A stretch of DNA of 47,109 nt from an uncultured Candidatus Saccharibacteria bacterium (GTDB lineage Bacteria; Patescibacteriota; Minisyncoccia; UBA6257; 2-01-FULL-56-20), in the NCBI GenBank assembly GCA_964530925.1, contig CAZHBZ010000007.1, positions 6,207 to 53,315 of the forward strand. The letters run 5' to 3'. Shown here one piece after another: positions 42,216 through 47,109 of this stretch (within the stretch, counting starts at the first letter, position 1; each line of letters begins with the position of its first letter). A program made the position numbers and the translations under genes. Below the pieces are notes generated by a model. That model saw nothing but the letters and a program-made list of their open reading frames with translations. It was not told the origin of the DNA and did not search any database.

Positions 42216-42770
42216 TTAGGGGCATGGTCCGGTTGGCATTGCCGAGGAGGGGTTTCCATGCTTTATCCAACCGCCGTCTTTGCAGATCCAATCATCTTCG
42301 CCGGAGAGAAGACGCGTTCCGGCAACGACGATAATAAGAGCGAGAAGAAAAGCAAAGATGAAATAAGCAATTCGCTTTCGCCTCGGGAAAGTGTCATCCA
42401 TACGGCGAAAGAATAGCCCGACGATAATGTTTATAAAAAGAAGGGCGCAGATGGCGTAAGAGAGCGTAAACCCGGCGATTTCATAGGCGGGTTTAACTTC
42501 GCGCATTGTTATGAGGGCGAAAGAAAAAAGCCAGCCTCCTATCGCGAAAATAGAAAGAGTCCAGCGGGCTGTGTCTCCGGCAATCTTATAATCGCGTTCA
42601 TCAACGACAATTTCCTTTACGCGCTTACGCAGAACAAAGAGTATCAAGCTCGCGATGATGACGGATGTGGCGCCCAGGATAAAGTTGTTCCAAATCAAGG
42701 CCTGGCTCACTACGACGGCCAGGATTACCGCGACTATGACTCTCGCGAAACGAAGCTGTTTTTCTGTCAT
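42216..42770 (-). CDS. DUF2178-like membrane protein with Cys-containing C-terminal extension
   Basis: 4 TM helices. It sits directly upstream of a short XRE regulator, which is the usual DUF2178 context. Confidence 0.65.
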   Translation of the reverse strand: MTEKQLRFARVIVAVILAVVVSQALIWNNFILGATSVIIASLILFVLRKRVKEIVVDERDYKIAGDTARWTLSIFAIGGWLFSFALITMREVKPAYEIAGFTLSYAICALLFINIIVGLFFRRMDDTFPRRKRIAYFIFAFLLALIIVVAGTRLLSGEDDWICKDGGWIKHGNPSSAMPTGPCP

Positions 42771-42805
42771 GCTGGATAACGTGGTTTTTCTTCTTCGACA
42801 TTTCT

Positions 42806-42835
42806 AATGTTAGAAGTATCTAACATTGATGTCAA
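42806..42835 (-). promoter_or_regulatory. promoter plus palindromic operator of the DUF2178-XRE operon
   Basis: Minus strand: TTGACA (42830-42835), 17 nt, TAACAT (42807-42812). The 9-4-9 palindrome AATGTTAGA-agta-TCTAACATT (42806-42827) covers the spacer and -10. Confidence 0.6.
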
Positions 42836-42860
42836 GGACGGGGCGGTTCTAGAACGCGCG

Positions 42861-43952
42861 CTATTTCAGGCGGTGTTTCCCCAGTTCTTTGAGCGCTTTG
42901 TTCACAAACTTCCCAAATTTTCTGTCTTTTTCTTTTTTTTCCAATTCGGTAAGCTCATAGTATTCGGCTTCTTTCTTGAGACCGATGTAATTATTGTATT
43001 TATTTCTATCTAACTTTCCGGAGTTCAGCGCCGAAAGGACCGCGCAACCCGGTTCGGTCGTATGCGCGCAATCCGCGTATCTGCAATCCCGAGCGAGCAG
43101 AGCTATTTCCTCAAAAGTTTCCCCGAGGCCAAGTTCCGCGTCCGTCATTCCCACTTCGCGCATTCCGGGGTTGTCTATGACTATGCCTCCGCCTATCGGG
43201 AAGTACATTTCTCGACTGGTAGTCGTGTGTTTCCCTTTTCCGGAATATGAGCTGATGCCTTTGGTCTTTATCTCGTCTTTGCCCAAGAGTTTATTTATGA
43301 GGGATGACTTGCCGACTCCAGAAGAGCCCAGGAAACAATAGGTTAAGTTTCCGGAAGTATATTCTCTTAGTTTTTCGAGTCCCCGGTCATCCGCGGCGCT
43401 CGTGGGAATAACGTCGATATCGGCAAAACGGCTTTGGATTTCGCTAATCTTAGAATTTAATTCTTCTCCGGAGATTAAATCTATTTTATTGAGTATTACT
43501 GCCGGCTTTACGCCTCCGTCCCTCGCGAGAACAAAATATCTTTCGAACCGATTCAAATTGTAGTCCCGATCAACCGATTCCACGACGAAGGCCACATCGA
43601 TATTCGCGCCGATAACTTGCGTTTCCATCTTGCCGCCGATCTTGCTCCTGTCTTTACTCTTTCTTTTGATGGTCGTCCTGCGGGGGAGTATTCCGCGAAT
43701 CGCGGCTTTCCCGCTGGCAAGCTCGGTTATCGCCACCCAGTCTCCGACCGCCGGATAGTCTTCCCGGCTTGAGGCGCCAAACATTTGTTTGCCGGTGATT
43801 TTGGCCAAGAATCGTCCTTTTTCATTTATCACATCGTAGGCTCCTCTGTGTTCGGCCGTAACTCGCGCAACCGAAAACGCGTCTAACCCCAAGGCGCGGC
43901 GGTTAGCCTCAAAAAAATCATCATATCCCAAATCTTCAATTGTTTTATCCAT
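42861..43952 (-). CDS. rsgA: ribosome small-subunit-dependent GTPase A
   Basis: Circularly permuted GTPase: NKIDL then GSSGVGKSSLIN. Zn knuckle CRYADCAHTTEPGCAV. Confidence 0.93.
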   Translation of the reverse strand: MDKTIEDLGYDDFFEANRRALGLDAFSVARVTAEHRGAYDVINEKGRFLAKITGKQMFGASSREDYPAVGDWVAITELASGKAAIRGILPRRTTIKRKSKDRSKIGGKMETQVIGANIDVAFVVESVDRDYNLNRFERYFVLARDGGVKPAVILNKIDLISGEELNSKISEIQSRFADIDVIPTSAADDRGLEKLREYTSGNLTYCFLGSSGVGKSSLINKLLGKDEIKTKGISSYSGKGKHTTTSREMYFPIGGGIVIDNPGMREVGMTDAELGLGETFEEIALLARDCRYADCAHTTEPGCAVLSALNSGKLDRNKYNNYIGLKKEAEYYELTELEKKEKDRKFGKFVNKALKELGKHRLK

Positions 43953-44048
43953 TGGTTTTATCTTTTATTGTTTGCAGTCGCAAAAGCCGTTCCTCGCGGA
44001 GGTCCAGCTTTCTTTGCGTCTCATTTCCTTGTTCAATTTCAGTCTGGT

Positions 44049-44537
44049 TTAAACTTGTGCGAACAAAATCATGAAGTTGTCGCCGAACTTTTCGGCGCAC
44101 TTCGGGCAATAGGCGTAATGAATATAATAGTCGGTTGCTTTTTTGCCCTGGGAGGTCAAGTATTCGTTCATCTGCTTTATAAACTTTGGAACGGCGCGAT
44201 ATGGCCCGGAGAAAACTTTAGCCATGAAAGTCCCTGAGATATTTACATTGTCGGCATTCGGAACTGCGCCGGCTACGGAGAGATATATTTCAGACTTGAA
44301 GGCGCTTGGGTCGCGGAAGAGGAGAAGGGTATCTTCGCTGTTTGCTTCCGCCTTGCCGGCATCCATCATCTGCGTGTATATCTTAGTAACCTTCTTATTG
44401 ATCATGGAAGGAAGCGGCATATGAAAGAGCGTCGGCATGGATTCCTTTATAAATGGCTTATTGTCCCAGGTGTAGGTTTTATTATCCCACCGCTCCAGGT
44501 TGAATTTCGGACAGCATTCTTTGTTTTCGTTAGTCAT
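44049..44537 (-). CDS. conserved hypothetical protein (162 aa)
   Basis: Intact ORF with CCPKF...YCPKCAEKFG Cys pairs. Family not recognised with confidence. Confidence 0.6.
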   Translation of the reverse strand: MTNENKECCPKFNLERWDNKTYTWDNKPFIKESMPTLFHMPLPSMINKKVTKIYTQMMDAGKAEANSEDTLLLFRDPSAFKSEIYLSVAGAVPNADNVNISGTFMAKVFSGPYRAVPKFIKQMNEYLTSQGKKATDYYIHYAYCPKCAEKFGDNFMILFAQV

Positions 44538-44594
44538 ATATTAATGGTAGACCTGTTAGCCAGAGGATTCAATGCGCGAAAAAGCGTTTTTTCC

Positions 44595-44603
44595 TGGTAT
44601 ACT
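44595..44603 (+). promoter_or_regulatory. extended -10 placed 7 nt before the ATG at 44611 (leaderless layout)
   Basis: TGgTATACT-aagagca-ATG. Confidence 0.5.
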
Positions 44604-44610
44604 AAGAGCA

Positions 44611-46014
44611 ATGTCTGATAATTATGGGGAAATTGAGGTTCGCGAACTCCCGCCTCCGCCGCATTGGTCAAAGGCTTTGGGCGTGGGCATTGTTCTTATG
44701 GGTCTCGCAATCGGAACCGGAGAGCTTATTATGTGGCCTCACCTTGTTACCAAACATGGTCTGGGTATTCTCTGGGCCGCGCTTCTTGGTATAACCGCGC
44801 AGTATTTTTTGAATCAAGAGGTGGCGCGACATGCTATCGCGACCGGCGAAAGTTTTTTCACCTCTTCCTCTCGTCTTTTAAAGTGGTTCGCGCCGTTTTG
44901 GCTTCTTTCGGCCGTTATCCTTTACATCTGGCCAGGTTGGGCCGGCGCGATAGGCACGACTCTCCGGGAGCTCACAGGGGTTGGGACTTATCCTATGTGG
45001 GCATGGGTGAGTTTGGGGTTTATCCTCGTCTTAACATTCTTGGGAAAGGTAGCGTATTCTGTCCTCGAAAGATCGCTTAAAATCATCGTTCCGACTTTTT
45101 TTGTCCTCTTAATCGTGGCGAGCGTTTTAAATATCTCCGGCGCCGAAATCGCAGATATGCTGAAGGGGCTTATGAGCTTCGGTTTTTTCCCGGAGGATAT
45201 TGATTTGGCCGTTTTCCTCGCGGCCATCGTTTTTGCCGGGGCCGGCGGACTTTTAAATCTTTGCGTTTCCTTGTGGTATCGCGACAAGCAGATAGGTATG
45301 GGCCGCCACGTCGGCCGAATTATAAATCCCATTACCGGTCGCGAAGAAGCGGTTTCATTTAAAGGGTATCGTTTCGATACGCATCCCGAGCATCTTGAGC
45401 GTTGGAAAAAATGGATGCGTTTTGTCCGGATAGATCAGGGAGTTATATTTTGGTTCCTTGGCCTGGTGACTTTACTTCTTCTTTCCGTGAACGCGCATTC
45501 TGTCTTGGGTCCACGGGGTATTGTCCCGGAGGGGACGGATGTCGCAGTCGTTCAGGCGCATATTTTCGGCGAAAGTTTTGGGCCGGCAGGTTTCACTATT
45601 TTTCTCGTAATGGCGTTCCTTATGCTTTTTTCGGTGATGTGGACCGTTATCGACGCTTTTACGCGTATTGTCGCGGATATCCTCTATGTGAACTCCAGGG
45701 TCGGGCCGTTTAAAAGATATCTCACCTGGCTTCAAAGAATTTCGATTCACAAGCTTTACTATGGAGCCATTGTCGCGATCGTGTTTGTCTCCGCGTTCCT
45801 TGTCCCGCTTCGCCAGCCGTTAATTCTCCTGACCATCAGCGCGGTTTTGGGAGGCATTACGATGGCTGTCTACACTCCGATCATTATTTATCTGAATAAC
45901 GCGAAACTTCCAAAACCTCTCCGGCCGGGATGGTTCACGAATCTCGCGATGGTTGGAGTCGCCATTTTTTACGCCTACTTTAGCGTCGCGCTTGCGATTT
46001 CGTATTTAAAATAG
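44611..46014 (+). CDS. Nramp-related / APC-fold polytopic transporter
   Basis: About 11 TM helices. GLAIGTGELIMWPHL...QYFLNQEVARHAIATGE. The canonical DPGN motif is absent, so the substrate is unclear. Start chosen from the promoter position. Confidence 0.65.
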   Translation: MSDNYGEIEVRELPPPPHWSKALGVGIVLMGLAIGTGELIMWPHLVTKHGLGILWAALLGITAQYFLNQEVARHAIATGESFFTSSSRLLKWFAPFWLLSAVILYIWPGWAGAIGTTLRELTGVGTYPMWAWVSLGFILVLTFLGKVAYSVLERSLKIIVPTFFVLLIVASVLNISGAEIADMLKGLMSFGFFPEDIDLAVFLAAIVFAGAGGLLNLCVSLWYRDKQIGMGRHVGRIINPITGREEAVSFKGYRFDTHPEHLERWKKWMRFVRIDQGVIFWFLGLVTLLLLSVNAHSVLGPRGIVPEGTDVAVVQAHIFGESFGPAGFTIFLVMAFLMLFSVMWTVIDAFTRIVADILYVNSRVGPFKRYLTWLQRISIHKLYYGAIVAIVFVSAFLVPLRQPLILLTISAVLGGITMAVYTPIIIYLNNAKLPKPLRPGWFTNLAMVGVAIFYAYFSVALAISYLK

Positions 46015-46073
46015 CGGTATTTGAAAAACTATAACGATATTGCTAATATATAACCGTCCTTTTTTAAGACGAT

Positions 46074-46157
46074 TCCGCGGTAGCCCCGACGCAGATGGTC
46101 GGGGTCCCGACCGAAAAGTCGGGACTCAGCGCCGATACTCGGCACGCTTCGCGGCAA
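46074..46157 (+). other. tRNA-Asn-derived, cloverleaf-like element (not a functional tRNA by inspection)
   Basis: Shares three colinear blocks with tRNA-Asn: TCCGCGGTAGC, AGATGGTCG, CGCGG. Closing stem CCGCG/CGCGG encloses hairpins 46084-46104, 46104-46125 and 46131-46143. Confidence 0.5.
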
Positions 46158-46177
46158 GCACTTTGCAAGGTTTAGAT

Positions 46178-46252
46178 TCCGCGGTAGCTCAGCGGTAGAG
46201 CGGCTCCCTGTTAAGGAGATGGTCGTAGGTTCGATCCCTACCCGCGGAGCCA
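46178..46252 (+). tRNA. tRNA-Asn (anticodon GUU) with encoded CCA
   Basis: Acceptor UCCGCGG/CCGCGGA, D-arm GCUC-AGCGGUA-GAGC, anticodon loop CUGUUAA, T-arm GUAGG-UUCGAUC-CCUAC, discriminator G, CCA. Confidence 0.92.
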
Positions 46253-47109
46253 AATTGTATGTTGCGAGTTTATTGCCTCGGCGCTTCGCGCCTCGGCAGG
46301 CAGATTGTATAGTATTTGCCAAGATTTTTTAGGTTCAATCGCCACCTTTTGCGAAAGCAAAACGCGGTTCGAGCCAATCCTTTTGAGAAAATCCCGTCCC
46401 GCGACGGGATTTTCTTGCAAAGCGATAATTTTGGCTTGTTGAGCCGCTAAAATGAATTGTCTTGCCGGTTCGAGCCAATGATTGCCGTTTCGCTCAAAAT
46501 CCTTTGATTTTTCGGAAAGCTCGGATTTTTCGTTGATGATTTTTTCTTTTTTTGCGGTGTATTCCTCGCGCGAAATTGTGCCGTCCAAATGAGCGTCTAA
46601 AAGCAGGTCGAGCTTTCCTTCAAGCTCTTTTATTTTGTCTTTGAGATTTTGAGCGAAAACGGCTCCGTTTTGGGCGGCTTCCGCTTCTTCCTTGTTTAGT
46701 TCGGTGAGCATCCACTCCGCCCAAGTGAAAGACAAAGAAACTTTTTGAAGCTCGTTTGCGACTTCTTCCGCCAAAACTTCCTCGCGGATATATTTTTGCG
46801 AACATTTTTTATCTCGCTTTTTGGTGCAACGATAATAGTTGTGTCCTTTTTGCGTTTCGGAAGTTATGGCGCAACCGCACTCTCCGCAAACGAGCATATT
46901 TCTAAATGGGTATTCTTTTTGGCTCGGCTTTTTCGGGCGCGAACGATCCGCCATTACTTTTTGGCACGCTTCAAAAAGTTTCTTTGGAATCATTGGCTCA
47001 TGCTTTCCGTCATACATTTCGCCGTTATATTTGAAAACGCCATAATAAAATGAATTGGAAAGTATGCTTTGGATATTGGAAACGGAAAGCATATTTTTCT
47101 TTCGGCTCA
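46238..47109 (-). CDS. large serine recombinase, C-terminal part only (the N-terminal catalytic domain is off-window)
   Basis: Recombinase-domain motif ILSNSFYYGVF, zinc ribbon CGECGCAITSETQKGHNYYRC, coiled-coil tail. The frame stays open to the window edge. The last 5 codons overlap the tRNA-Asn 3' end. Confidence 0.85.
   Translation of the reverse strand, partial: SRKKNMLSVSNIQSILSNSFYYGVFKYNGEMYDGKHEPMIPKKLFEACQKVMADRSRPKKPSQKEYPFRNMLVCGECGCAITSETQKGHNYYRCTKKRDKKCSQKYIREEVLAEEVANELQKVSLSFTWAEWMLTELNKEEAEAAQNGAVFAQNLKDKIKELEGKLDLLLDAHLDGTISREEYTAKKEKIINEKSELSEKSKDFERNGNHWLEPARQFILAAQQAKIIALQENPVAGRDFLKRIGSNRVLLSQKVAIEPKKSWQILYNLPAEARSAEAINSQHTIWLRG
46238..47109. mobile_element. left boundary of a probable integrated element inserted next to tRNA-Asn (extends beyond the window)
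   Basis: An integrase-type recombinase gene abuts and overlaps the tRNA 3' end. Confidence 0.45.

Noticed and set aside
1-47109. CRISPR array, cas genes, a reverse transcriptase/DGR targeting the repeat-rich surface gene, or another known defence operon
   Set aside because: No spaced direct repeats of CRISPR size are present. No RT, nuclease/helicase or ATPase defence signatures appear among the ORFs. The surface-gene repeats are in-frame module duplications with no template repeat outside the gene.
1-47109. Alternative genetic code (UGA recoding) or widespread pseudogenisation
   Set aside because: All housekeeping ORFs are full length under the standard code, and several end in TGA at the expected C-termini.

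Overview
All calls come from reading the sequence and the ORF track; no homology search, tRNA scan or RNA folding was run. The window reads as a chromosomal segment of a small-genome bacterium using the standard code. Its gene content looks Patescibacteria/CPR-like, which is an inference. The housekeeping genes are ppsA, gatB, miaA, thrS, tdk, serS, a 2-Cys peroxiredoxin, gap, rpiB, tatD, leuS, htrA, lepA and rsgA. Four tRNAs are present: Ser-CGA, Arg-CCU, Ala-GGC and Asn-GUU. Between these lie short, self-contained ORFan units with their own promoters and hairpin terminators. There is an envelope cluster of an FtsQ-like protein, a GT-C/GT39 glycosyltransferase and a DUF4012 protein. There is also a 1411-aa repeat-rich surface protein and an accessory stretch of small membrane and regulator genes (ArsR-Grx, XRE-DUF2178, DUF488, cupin). 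At the right edge, a large serine recombinase gene abuts and overlaps tRNA-Asn and runs off the window. I found no CRISPR array, no reverse transcriptase and no recognisable defence operon. The signals I rate highest are non-genic. (1) Tandem TAGAAnn heptamer arrays start exactly on the stop codons of ppsA and the peroxiredoxin gene; the same array sits in-frame inside leuS, where only the two in-frame TAGs read CAG. (2) A tRNA-Asn-derived, cloverleaf-like element lies directly upstream of the real tRNA-Asn. Partial duplications of both ends of tRNA-Ala and of the lepA 5' end follow the same pattern. (3) A T-box leader precedes thrS, with a threonine codon in a short terminal hairpin. (4) A recurring TGnTAnAAT-N6-ATG layout implies many leaderless mRNAs.
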